From Ignavibacteria bacterium (GTDB taxonomy: Bacteria; Bacteroidota; Ignavibacteria; Tepidaquicellales; OLB5), in contig JAIOIK010000147.1 of assembly GCA_019912545.1 (NCBI GenBank), forward strand, positions 7,747-71,746: a stretch of DNA of 64,000 bases, given 5' to 3'. Under the pieces are notes generated by a model. It was not told the origin of the DNA. It was given only the letters and a program-made list of their open reading frames with translations, and ran no database searches. The translations under genes were made by a program, and so were the position numbers. Shown here one piece after another: positions 40,327-49,186 of this stretch; the first letter of the stretch is position 1; the number at the start of each line of letters is the position of its first letter.

Positions 40327-40713
40327 ATGAAAAAACTATTAGCAATTACTTTCATCGCGCTGGCATTTTTGGTATTAAATGAGAAATCAAATTCACAGAC
40401 GCTGTACTTCTGCGAAGGTGTTACAAATGACGGTTACCCGCAGACAGAAAGCAGTGTATTCAATATAGGCAGTGACGGCGGATACGTTTACGTACTTGTA
40501 AGGCTGCCGTATGAAATAGCTTGCCGCTCAGTGAGATTTGAAGTTTACCGCAACGGCGAGTACGATAATACAATATATGTTGATACAGAAAAAAGCTGGG
40601 TATGGTTCTGGAAAAAGATCACATTCTATAATACTGGAAATTTTACTATTTATGCGTATGATTGTTTTGACTACATGCTGACATCAGGAAGCGTAAAGAT
40701 ACAATACAGGTAG
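40327..40713 (+). CDS. Secreted YFCE-domain protein, paralog of 39727 C-terminal domain
   Basis: Signal peptide. Shared blocks LYFCE, G(S/K)(D/N)GGY, F(Y)..GN(F/Y), SG.VKI..R. Confidence 0.55.
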   Translation: MKKLLAITFIALAFLVLNEKSNSQTLYFCEGVTNDGYPQTESSVFNIGSDGGYVYVLVRLPYEIACRSVRFEVYRNGEYDNTIYVDTEKSWVWFWKKITFYNTGNFTIYAYDCFDYMLTSGSVKIQYR

Positions 40714-40737
40714 TCAGTTTTTTGAGGTTTTTTTCAG

Positions 40738-40768
40738 AAAGGGCGGCATTTTTATGCTGCCCTTTCTT
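40738..40768 (+). terminator. Rho-independent terminator after YFCE paralog pair
   Basis: AAAGGGCGGCA / TGCTGCCCTTT 11-bp stem (one G-U) with a 6-nt loop, followed by CTT. Confidence 0.55.
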
Positions 40769-40833
40769 ATGGGCAAAACCTGCCTAACAAGTGGTGTTGT
40801 CACCAACAACAAATTGAGCTATATTTGTAGTGA

Positions 40834-42267
40834 ATGCTTGATAAAATCAAAAGTCTTTCCAAACAGACGCTTATTTACGGTACAAGTACCATTATTGGCA
40901 GATTTCTGAATTTCATCCTCGTCCCTTTCTACACAAATGTCTTCCCGCCATCGGAATACGGTGTTGTCGCCGTCATTTTTGCCTATATAGCATTCCTGAA
41001 TATAGTTTACTCGCTCGGATTTGAAGCCGGGTATTTCCGCTTTGCATCTTCGGTTGAAATTGGCGATGAGAAGCAGAACTTCTCGCACCCGTTTTTTACC
41101 ATTATGCTCAACGCCGCCGTTCTTTCGGGGATAATACTGTTATTTAATGGTACATTTACCGGCATAACAGGAATAAGCAACAACTCAATAATAATTTACG
41201 CTGCTATAATTTTATTTTTCGACGCAATATCTCTTGTGCCTTTTGCATATTTGAGGCTGAAGAACAAAGCTAAAGTATTTGCTTCGATAAAGCTTGTAAA
41301 TATATGCGTTAATGTTGCGCTGAACCTGATATTGATCCTGGTTTACAAAATGGGACTTGAAGCTGTTTTCATCAGTAATCTTGCGGCTTCAATTGTGACT
41401 TTCCTTCTGCTTATGCCAATTGTACTCAAAAATATTTCATTCAGCTTCAACAAGGAGCTTTTCCGTGAACTGCGGAAGTTCTCGCTGCCGTATTTTCCTG
41501 CCGGACTTGCTGCAATAATTGTGCAGGTTATCGGCTATCCGATAATGCAGTATTTAACTGATGTGAAAACCGTTGGTATATATAACGCGAATTATAAGCT
41601 TGGCATATTCATGATGCTGATCGTTTCCATGTTCGAATACGCTTGGCGCCCTTTCTTCCTGAATAATGCAAGGGAGCCGAATGCAAAGCCGCTCTTTGCC
41701 AAAGTGATGACTATCTTTGTCGGAGCAGCATCAGTACTATTTATAATTCTGACGTTCTTTATTGATAATATTGTAATGACTCCGCTGCCTTTCAAAGGGC
41801 ATATTATAGGCGCAAAGTACTGGTCGGGACTCATCATTGTTCCGCTTGTACTGTTTTCTTACTTATTCCTGGGTATATACACAAACCTTATGGCAGGAAT
41901 ATATATCGAAAAGAAAACCCGCTATCTGCCGCTAATCACCGGACTTGGCGCTGTACTGAATATAATTGTGTGCTTTACACTGATACCGGTAACAGGAATA
42001 ATGGGCGGCGCAATTGCTGCGCTTGTGAGTTATATCTCAATGGCAGTGTACATGTTTATTATTGTGCAGAAGTTTTATCCCGTCAAGTATGAAATAACCC
42101 GCCTTGCAGGGATACTGGCAATAGATATCTGTGCAATTGCAATTTTTTATACATTTTTCGGTTCGCTTGGAATTATTTATAAGGTTGTATTGTGCGCACT
42201 GCTCGGCGGTTCAGTAATCTACATCTCCCAGCTCTACAAAGTTAAAATGTTACTGAAGAAAACCTGA
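40834..42267 (+). CDS. MOP-superfamily oligosaccharide/polysaccharide flippase (Wzx-like)
   Basis: 477 aa, about 12-14 TM helices. The N-terminus LIYGTSTIIGRFLNFILVPFYTNVF is typical of polysaccharide biosynthesis/flippase proteins. Confidence 0.65.
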   Translation: MLDKIKSLSKQTLIYGTSTIIGRFLNFILVPFYTNVFPPSEYGVVAVIFAYIAFLNIVYSLGFEAGYFRFASSVEIGDEKQNFSHPFFTIMLNAAVLSGIILLFNGTFTGITGISNNSIIIYAAIILFFDAISLVPFAYLRLKNKAKVFASIKLVNICVNVALNLILILVYKMGLEAVFISNLAASIVTFLLLMPIVLKNISFSFNKELFRELRKFSLPYFPAGLAAIIVQVIGYPIMQYLTDVKTVGIYNANYKLGIFMMLIVSMFEYAWRPFFLNNAREPNAKPLFAKVMTIFVGAASVLFIILTFFIDNIVMTPLPFKGHIIGAKYWSGLIIVPLVLFSYLFLGIYTNLMAGIYIEKKTRYLPLITGLGAVLNIIVCFTLIPVTGIMGGAIAALVSYISMAVYMFIIVQKFYPVKYEITRLAGILAIDICAIAIFYTFFGSLGIIYKVVLCALLGGSVIYISQLYKVKMLLKKT

Positions 42268-42317
42268 TTTTTCGAGATTTTTTCAATCACCAATTCACTA
42301 ACTCATTATCTCACCAT

Positions 42318-43013
42318 TTAGTGGTGGTGGTCGTGATGCTCATGATGAATCTCATCCAGCAGTTCTTTTTTATCCGATTTACTTCCCGCATTAATCGATA
42401 CAATGTATGAAGGTACTCCTATATCGTTGAGTACGCATGGTATTAATACAGAAAAAAGCAGTATTGGCAAAAACAAAAGCGCTTTAATTGATATCGCTTC
42501 AACGCCGTAGGTTATCAGATACATTCCGGCTGCTGTTGAAGAAAGCAAAATATGGAATCCGTGAGTAAAGCGCGAAAGCCTTTTCTTTCTGACTGCATTA
42601 GAAAGCATATAGCCCATAAACGCCCCGCCAATAATAAATGCCCATGAAGTGAGCGGCTCTTCTATTATGCAAACATGGAAATGCATATCGTAGCCGAGTA
42701 TCACGCCGCCTAAGTAAGGGAAAACAATATCGCTTAACGAACATGTGATAGAGGAGGTTAAGATCGCAACCAATATGCCAAGCCATGCGGCTCGCTTGTA
42801 CTTTGCAAGCAATGAGGCCGGAGTGAGCGCAGCGAAAAATAAGTGCGAGATAAAAAATCCCTCAAAAAGGTGTTCGGTTTCGGGTGTCGCATCAGGAAAG
42901 AACGCGATCTTTAACACGGCGATTATCAGCGCAGATACCAATACGGCGCCGGCTGTGAACTTCCAGTGAGTGCTTAATTCGTCTATAAATATATTTTGGT
43001 GAGTGTGGATCAT
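42318..43013 (-). CDS. Polytopic membrane protein with C-terminal His-rich tail (HHEHHDHHH), function unknown
   Basis: About 6 hydrophobic helices. Terminal sequence LLDEIHHEHHDHHH. No family recognised. Confidence 0.5.
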   Translation of the reverse strand: MIHTHQNIFIDELSTHWKFTAGAVLVSALIIAVLKIAFFPDATPETEHLFEGFFISHLFFAALTPASLLAKYKRAAWLGILVAILTSSITCSLSDIVFPYLGGVILGYDMHFHVCIIEEPLTSWAFIIGGAFMGYMLSNAVRKKRLSRFTHGFHILLSSTAAGMYLITYGVEAISIKALLFLPILLFSVLIPCVLNDIGVPSYIVSINAGSKSDKKELLDEIHHEHHDHHH

Positions 43014-43033
43014 TTGCTGGAGGTTACAGGCTG

Positions 43034-43076
43034 TCCCGCAAGCGGGATTTCATCCAGACTTCGTCTGAATTCAACA
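43034..43076 (+). repeat. GC-hairpin element TCCCGC-AA-GCGGGA ATTTCATCC + CAGAC-TTC-GTCTG + GAATTCAACA
   Basis: It shares an exact 17-mer, CAAGCGGGATTTCATCC (43039-43055), with 54665-54681, plus the downstream GA(A)TTCAACA. Confidence 0.7.
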
Positions 43077-43119
43077 GGTCCTGAAGTTTAATTCTTACTT
43101 GCAGCTTGTTACTTGCAAC

Positions 43120-43395
43120 CTACGGAGTATAGTCTATTAGCTTTTCCTTAATTTCTTCTTTACTTATCAGGTTGCCGTCGTTGAGTTCTTTAACAACGCC
43201 CTCAATAACTTCTTTGGCTTTATCTTTTCCGTAATCTTTAATGAATCCGTCATAGTAGCTGTTGCCGGCAAGCGCGCGGTTGATCTCGGTATGCTTATTG
43301 TTTTCATTAAGTTCTGTATAATAAACAACATGATACTTCTCGTTATAGTGCTTATCCTGGTAGATTTCAAACATGATTTTATCGGATTCGAACAT
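43120..43395 (-). CDS. Hypothetical 91-aa protein
   Basis: This ORF fills the gap between the ykgJ-like and membrane genes on the same strand. No motif recognised. Confidence 0.4.
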   Translation of the reverse strand: MFESDKIMFEIYQDKHYNEKYHVVYYTELNENNKHTEINRALAGNSYYDGFIKDYGKDKAKEVIEGVVKELNDGNLISKEEIKEKLIDYTP

Positions 43396-43511
43396 AGATA
43401 GTCCTGAAAATTATTGGAATTTATGGATTTATTAATTGATTAGCTACAAATTTAGCCGAAATGAAGCAATTAGACAAGGGAAAAGGGAATTTTCGACAAG
43501 ACGAAGCAATC

Positions 43512-44120
43512 TCACCTTTCTAAACCGTTTAATTCCCCGGCAATCGCCTCGGCAATTGTCGTACCGTTGACCCCCATTTGGATTTTTGAACCCCCCTGCC
43601 CCCCTTTAATCAAAGGGGGGATTATGTGCTCTTTTTGTGAAAATTCATCCTTCAATTCATCCCATTTCATGCCGATCTCGGTTTGATTTGGAATAAACTT
43701 ATCATCAGTAATCTCATCGCCATCTTTGAAATTCAATTCGCAGGCGTGAACGTTTTGGGGATTCTTATAATCATATATCGGCATGCCAAATCTGCGGCAG
43801 ATGACCGGGCGTGCTTCGCAGATAGTGCACTCGCTTTCGGTACCAAGTGCAGGGCAGGGGAGACCCTCTCCTGTCAAGGAGAGAAGTGATATGTACTCCT
43901 TTGCCTTTTGCTGAAGCTCGTTTTTTCTTGCCTCGGGCAATTGCTTAATATGTTGGCTTATCATCCAGCCGTCAAGCTGTGTTATACGGAAGATCTGCGA
44001 GCAGCATTTTGAGCATCCGCGGCGGCACTGGATCTTTTCGCCGTACATATCCATATTGCGGTCAAACTCGACCTGAATAAGCGAAGTAATATCGTAGAAT
44101 TTCTTTTTGAAATCGGTCAT
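43512..44120 (-). CDS. YkgJ-family cysteine-cluster protein (CxxCxxCC)
   Basis: CRRGCSKCCS motif plus a later CTICEARPVICRRFG. The last ~40 codons run through a G6/C6 palindrome and may not be native. Confidence 0.65.
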   Translation of the reverse strand: MTDFKKKFYDITSLIQVEFDRNMDMYGEKIQCRRGCSKCCSQIFRITQLDGWMISQHIKQLPEARKNELQQKAKEYISLLSLTGEGLPCPALGTESECTICEARPVICRRFGMPIYDYKNPQNVHACELNFKDGDEITDDKFIPNQTEIGMKWDELKDEFSQKEHIIPPLIKGGQGGSKIQMGVNGTTIAEAIAGELNGLER

Positions 44121-44190
44121 TTAATGGAACAAAGTTACCATAATTATATTATAATTCTTATGAAAATTGGAGTAGAACATCCTTCAATAT

Positions 44191-44216
44191 GAACAAGGGG
44201 GCATGCCCCCTTGTTC
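44191..44216. repeat. Perfect 26-nt palindrome GAACAAGGGGGCATGCCCCCTTGTTC (dispersed family, copy 1)
   Basis: Self-complementary by inspection. A related half-copy hairpin CAAGGGGT TACT ACCCCTTG(TTC) lies at 44237-44259. Confidence 0.9.
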
Positions 44217-44348
44217 GGGAAGCTGGTTTGTTAAGCCAAGGGGTTACTACCCCTTGTTCAGAAAACTAATACGAGAATTTTTTTCCTTTAATTTTGGTTT
44301 GAATAAGTACGAAAATTAAGGTAAATTTACGGTTCTAAAAATAAATAA

Positions 44349-45521
44349 TTGAAAAAAACATCTAAATTTAAGTTTTTTGCAGTACTTGTAACGGTTTTTG
44401 GGCTGTTATTCGTGTATACACAGGCTGATTTTGGCCAGGATGCGATGAAATCCACTAAAATTGGTGAGGAATCGCCTGTTGTTAATTCGGAATTACCCAA
44501 GGATACTCCCAAAGGTTACCAGAAAATATCATTCCCGATCGAAGATGTTGAGAGCATTGATGCACAGATAGAAGAATATCTGGTTGATCTTTATCCAATA
44601 ATGAACGATGAAGAGATTTCTGCAATAATAGGATCAAAAGAGATCAGCAAAAAGCTTGTTAATGATACGCTTGGCCATGTTGAGTTTACCCTGAACTTCA
44701 ATGTACCCGAGCATTATTTAGACCCTGCCCCAACAATGCTGTGGGAACTGAACATTCCTGAATTCACTTCACGCATCTACCAGGTATATAATAATGATAC
44801 GATCCTGATAACCGTGTGGCCGAATGTTGTTGGCGCTCCGGGCACAAAAACATATACTGGTTTCTATAATATTTTCAGGCTTCGCAACTGGCCCTCGTGG
44901 AAAGATCCCGAAAGCGACCCTGCAGAACCGGGTACGCCGCCAGGACCGGGAAATCCGCTTGGTTTGTTTGCCGCCCATTACGATGAAAACTCGCTTCGCT
45001 ATTTTCACGGCACAAACAAGAACCATCTGCTTAAGAATGAATACCGCGCACTATCGCATGGCTGCGTAAGGAATGATAACGGAAATATCGATAAGATGAA
45101 GCGCTTCATAGTGAAGAAGATGGTTACCAGCCAGGATATTAGCTGGTGGGCAACAAGCAAGAAATCTATGATGTATAATTTTACCGAAGAAGAGAAACAG
45201 AAATTCCCGGTAAGGATTATATACAAGACTTATGATATAGGAAGTGACAGCTATGGCGATTATATTATTTTCTTCAAAGATGTTTACGGCTATGGAAGAG
45301 GTAACCGCTGGAGCAAGTTTGACAGGGAAGAGCTGATGACATTTTCTACTGCAGAAAACATAGCCGCAGATTATAAGGCAATTCACAAACCAAATCAATT
45401 TCAGCTATCTGATGAAAAATTAATACCAATTATTGAGAGCCTGATCTCGTCTCATAAAGATTATGAGAAATATTATTTTGATGATCTGGCATCGAGCATG
45501 CAATCCGAAACAGGGAAGTAA
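44349..45521 (+). CDS. L,D-transpeptidase (YkuD) family protein
   Basis: Catalytic block YFHGTNKNHLLKNEYRALSHGCVRN (H...SHGC[VI]R). Signal peptide and TTG start. Confidence 0.8.
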   Translation: MKKTSKFKFFAVLVTVFGLLFVYTQADFGQDAMKSTKIGEESPVVNSELPKDTPKGYQKISFPIEDVESIDAQIEEYLVDLYPIMNDEEISAIIGSKEISKKLVNDTLGHVEFTLNFNVPEHYLDPAPTMLWELNIPEFTSRIYQVYNNDTILITVWPNVVGAPGTKTYTGFYNIFRLRNWPSWKDPESDPAEPGTPPGPGNPLGLFAAHYDENSLRYFHGTNKNHLLKNEYRALSHGCVRNDNGNIDKMKRFIVKKMVTSQDISWWATSKKSMMYNFTEEEKQKFPVRIIYKTYDIGSDSYGDYIIFFKDVYGYGRGNRWSKFDREELMTFSTAENIAADYKAIHKPNQFQLSDEKLIPIIESLISSHKDYEKYYFDDLASSMQSETGK

Positions 45522-45548
45522 TCCCTAAAAGAATTCTCCTGGTATTAT

Positions 45549-48500
45549 TTGAAGCAAAACCCCAAAATTGCGGCAGTATTACTGTTTATACTCGCAGGGA
45601 TAGCCTATTCCCAGCCTAAAACATTTAACCCTGGTGATGTAAATTATAAGAAAATAGTAATTTCAGTTGCAGGCGCTGATTCAGTAATCGTGCTTCCGGA
45701 TAAATTCCTGAAATTCGGGACTCTCACATTATATTCCGATTCAACTGAAGTTGACCCTGCAAATTATTCAATAGATTACCGCTATGGCAAAGTCCGGTTA
45801 AAAGATTCATTCGTCAAAGATATAGTCACAAGCGGCAAGCCCGAAAGGCTGCAGCTTATCATTACATATAAAAACTTTCCCTTTGATATTCCCGATTCAT
45901 ATTCCAAATTTGAAATACTGAACAAGCTGGATACTCTTGGAGGCGATACGGTAAAAGTCGCTGAGATTAAATCTGATTTTGTTGAGGATATCTTTGCGGG
46001 TACTGATCTGCAGAAATCGGGAAGTATTTTCCGGGGACTCACAATTGGCAATAACCGCGATCTTACCCTTCAATCGGGATTCCGCCTGCAATTGAACGGA
46101 AAACTCTCAAGCGATATTGAAATTACCGCAGCGTTAACGGATGAGAATACCCCGATACAGCCTGAGGGGAATACACAAAAGCTGCAGGAACTTGATAAAG
46201 TTTTTGTAGAACTGCGCTCAACTAATATTACTGCAACTCTTGGTGATATTGATGTGAATTTTACGGGAAGTGATTATTTCAATTTCAGCAAGAAACTTCA
46301 GGGAGCAAAAGGATTTGCCAATTTCGGGAAGACCGATCTCTTTCTGACGGGGGCGATATCAAGAGGAAGGTTTAATAGCAATAGTTTTAACGGAATTGAC
46401 GGTGTGCAGGGTCCATACAGGCTTGTAGGCGCTGATAACGAAGTTAATATTGTGGTAATTGCGGGAAGCGAAAAAGTTTATCTTGATGGTATTGTGATGA
46501 CAAGGGGAGAGTCAAACGATTATACAATTGATTACTCAAACGGGCAGATAAAATTCTCGAATCGCCGGCTCATTACAAATTCCTCCAGAATAGTAGTTGA
46601 TTTTGAGTATTCCGATAAAAAATATTCAAGAAGCTTTATTGCCGGGCAGACCAAAACGGCTGTATTTAATGAAAGGCTGAAATTATCTTTTTCTTATTTA
46701 AGAGAGCGTGACGACCCGAATAAGCCAATTGATTTCCTGCTTTCAGATACCGATAGAACCATAATATCTCAGGCTGGAGATGATAAATTCAAAGCATCCC
46801 GAAGCGGCGTAGTATTTGTTGGCGCAGATACTTCAGGGAAATCTTTGGGAAGTTATATCCAGCGTGATACTCTGATAAATTCTCAAAGTTTCATAAAATA
46901 TTTATATGCTCCCGGAAACGACAGCGCCTTATACCAGGTCACTTTTTCATTTGTTGGTGCAGGCAAGGGTGATTACAACAGCCTGAGCACAAGCGCATAT
47001 ACATTTGCAGGGATCGCTCAGGGCAGTTACCTGCCGATAGTTTTTTTCCCGCTGCCTGTTGCGTATCAATCAGCAGATATTGGCATGGAGCTGAAGCTTT
47101 CGAAATCCGTTTCGCTGCTTGTAGAGGGCTCGGGCAGTGATTTTGACCGCAACCTGCTATCTGACAAGGATGATTCAGAAAACAAAGGGGGCGCCTTCAG
47201 CGCTTCGTTTTTGTTCAGCCCCAAACAGCTTAAACTTGGCAATTTGAATCTTGGTGATATTGAATTCTTCTTCAGGCAAAAGGTGGTTAACAAGCTATAC
47301 AATGCCGTAGATAGACTTAACCGGATCGAGTACGACCGCATTTGGGATATACAGGACAGCCTGAGGCTGACTGAATCAATAAGCGAGCTTGGCTTAAGGT
47401 TCAACCCGGGGAAATATTTAAGCATTAATACTAACGGCGGAAGGATAAGCCGTGGTGATAAGTTCAATTCAACCCGTGGTTCGGTTGATCTTAAATTTAA
47501 AGGGGATAGCCTTGAGCTGCCTTCTGCAAATTATTATGTAGATTATATTTCAAGCAATGATAAGAACATCGATTATGGAGGAAAATGGATCAGGCAATTC
47601 GGGAATTTAAATTATAAGTTATCACCCTTTACAAATAAGAAGCTAGGAAAGTATAACCTTGTATTTGAATTTGGCGGGGAAGATAAACAGATCCGCTCAC
47701 TGAATTTTGACACTGCAGGTATTGGCAGCTTCCGGTTCTATGAGTTCCGCCCGATGCTTTTGATAAGCGACCTGTTTAAGTTTGATCTTTCTTACCGGTT
47801 CAATTACAGGTACGATGATGTGTATAATCAGGGGAGGCTCGAAAGGCAGTCCAATTCATACACAAGCATAGTTGGATTGAACTTGAAAGACCTCAGCTTT
47901 CTATCTGCCTCGGGGGATGTTACTGTTTACGACAGGAAATATACACCCGTGTTTCAGCAGCAGGGATTTTCGGATTCAAGAACTATCCTCGTTACATCAC
48001 AGAGCAATATCTGGTTTCTTGAGCGAGGTTTGAATGCAAACCTGTTCTATAAAATATCAAGTGAAAGGACTGCTAAGCAGGAAGTCGTTTTCATTGCCGT
48101 TCCCATTGGACAGGGAAATTACAAATACCTGGGCGATCTTAACGGAAACGGGCTGCAGGATGAAAATGAATTTGTGCTTACAAATTATGACGGGGATTAC
48201 ATAAAAATAATACGACCGACTGACCAGTTATTCCCCACAACTGATCTCCAAAGCTCGGTGAACGTGAATATTGTCCCTTCACGCTTTATCACAACTAGCG
48301 GCAATAATGTGATGAATACAATTTTGAGGAATCTTACATTTGATTCTTACCTAAGTGTTGCAGAAAAGAGCAAAGACCCGGTACAGAGGAATATTTATTT
48401 CCTTAAGTTCAGTACATTTCAGAATGATGTTAATACCATTACTGGAGCAGCGACAGTTCAGCAGGATATTGGTATATTTGAAAATAACGATCTCTTTGGC

Positions 48501-49088
48501 ATAAAGCTAAGATTCATCCAGAGAAGGGGATTTAACCAGTTCTTTTCCGGGAATGAGCGCGTACTGCATGTTGAACGTACCGGGCGGTTCAGGTTTTCTT
48601 TTACACAGGATATTGCGCTGATCACGGATTATGTAACCGAAATTGACAGGAATCTTGCTCCCGGAATTCAGATCAGGAATTGGAACATCAACACCGAAGG
48701 AGTAACTTCTGAGCTTGTTTACAAGCCAATAGCATCAATTGAAGCAGGATTTAAGGTTCAGCTAAAAAAGGCAAATGATCTTTTCCCCACACAGCCAACA
48801 AAAGCATCAATTAATGTGCAGACCCTTAGAATGACATACTCATTTTCCGGGAAAGGTACCCTGAGTAGTGAAATTTCAAGGAATGAAGCGATAATAAGCA
48901 CTGACCCGGCATTTGTACCGTTTGATCTTACCAAAGGGCTGGTGATTGGCAAAAGTTATTTCTGGAGTTTGAATTTTGAATACAGGATAAGTAACTTCAT
49001 CCAGGCTACAATAAATTATTACGGCAGAGCTGAAAATAAATCGAGAGTAATCCATACCGGTACTGCGGAAGTAAGAGCGTATTTTTGA
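45549..49088 (+). CDS. 1179-aa predicted outer-membrane beta-barrel protein, unknown family
   Basis: Signal peptide (AAVLLFILAGIAYSQ). Long alternating beta-strand pattern. The C-terminal EVRAYF ends in Phe. Starts 27 nt after the L,D-transpeptidase gene. Confidence 0.6.
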   Translation: MKQNPKIAAVLLFILAGIAYSQPKTFNPGDVNYKKIVISVAGADSVIVLPDKFLKFGTLTLYSDSTEVDPANYSIDYRYGKVRLKDSFVKDIVTSGKPERLQLIITYKNFPFDIPDSYSKFEILNKLDTLGGDTVKVAEIKSDFVEDIFAGTDLQKSGSIFRGLTIGNNRDLTLQSGFRLQLNGKLSSDIEITAALTDENTPIQPEGNTQKLQELDKVFVELRSTNITATLGDIDVNFTGSDYFNFSKKLQGAKGFANFGKTDLFLTGAISRGRFNSNSFNGIDGVQGPYRLVGADNEVNIVVIAGSEKVYLDGIVMTRGESNDYTIDYSNGQIKFSNRRLITNSSRIVVDFEYSDKKYSRSFIAGQTKTAVFNERLKLSFSYLRERDDPNKPIDFLLSDTDRTIISQAGDDKFKASRSGVVFVGADTSGKSLGSYIQRDTLINSQSFIKYLYAPGNDSALYQVTFSFVGAGKGDYNSLSTSAYTFAGIAQGSYLPIVFFPLPVAYQSADIGMELKLSKSVSLLVEGSGSDFDRNLLSDKDDSENKGGAFSASFLFSPKQLKLGNLNLGDIEFFFRQKVVNKLYNAVDRLNRIEYDRIWDIQDSLRLTESISELGLRFNPGKYLSINTNGGRISRGDKFNSTRGSVDLKFKGDSLELPSANYYVDYISSNDKNIDYGGKWIRQFGNLNYKLSPFTNKKLGKYNLVFEFGGEDKQIRSLNFDTAGIGSFRFYEFRPMLLISDLFKFDLSYRFNYRYDDVYNQGRLERQSNSYTSIVGLNLKDLSFLSASGDVTVYDRKYTPVFQQQGFSDSRTILVTSQSNIWFLERGLNANLFYKISSERTAKQEVVFIAVPIGQGNYKYLGDLNGNGLQDENEFVLTNYDGDYIKIIRPTDQLFPTTDLQSSVNVNIVPSRFITTSGNNVMNTILRNLTFDSYLSVAEKSKDPVQRNIYFLKFSTFQNDVNTITGAATVQQDIGIFENNDLFGIKLRFIQRRGFNQFFSGNERVLHVERTGRFRFSFTQDIALITDYVTEIDRNLAPGIQIRNWNINTEGVTSELVYKPIASIEAGFKVQLKKANDLFPTQPTKASINVQTLRMTYSFSGKGTLSSEISRNEAIISTDPAFVPFDLTKGLVIGKSYFWSLNFEYRISNFIQATINYYGRAENKSRVIHTGTAEVRAYF

Positions 49089-49100
49089 TTTCGGAATGCG

Positions 49101-49139
49101 TCCGCCAGTGGGCGGATTTCGTCCAATTTACATCGGACT
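49101..49139 (+). repeat. Related GC-hairpin element TCCGCC-AGTG-GGCGGA TTTCGTCC...GGAC
   Basis: Same layout as 43034, with compensatory stem changes (TCCGCC/GGCGGA versus TCCCGC/GCGGGA) and TTTCGTCC versus TTTCATCC. Confidence 0.5.
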
Positions 49140-49186
49140 CAAGATTTGCGATTGCGGATTTGAAATAAAAGTGATTTGAAAAATTT

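Noticed and set aside
40819-41088. 89-aa minus-strand ORF over the flippase start
   Set aside because: It is antisense to a well-supported polytopic membrane protein gene and has no motif.
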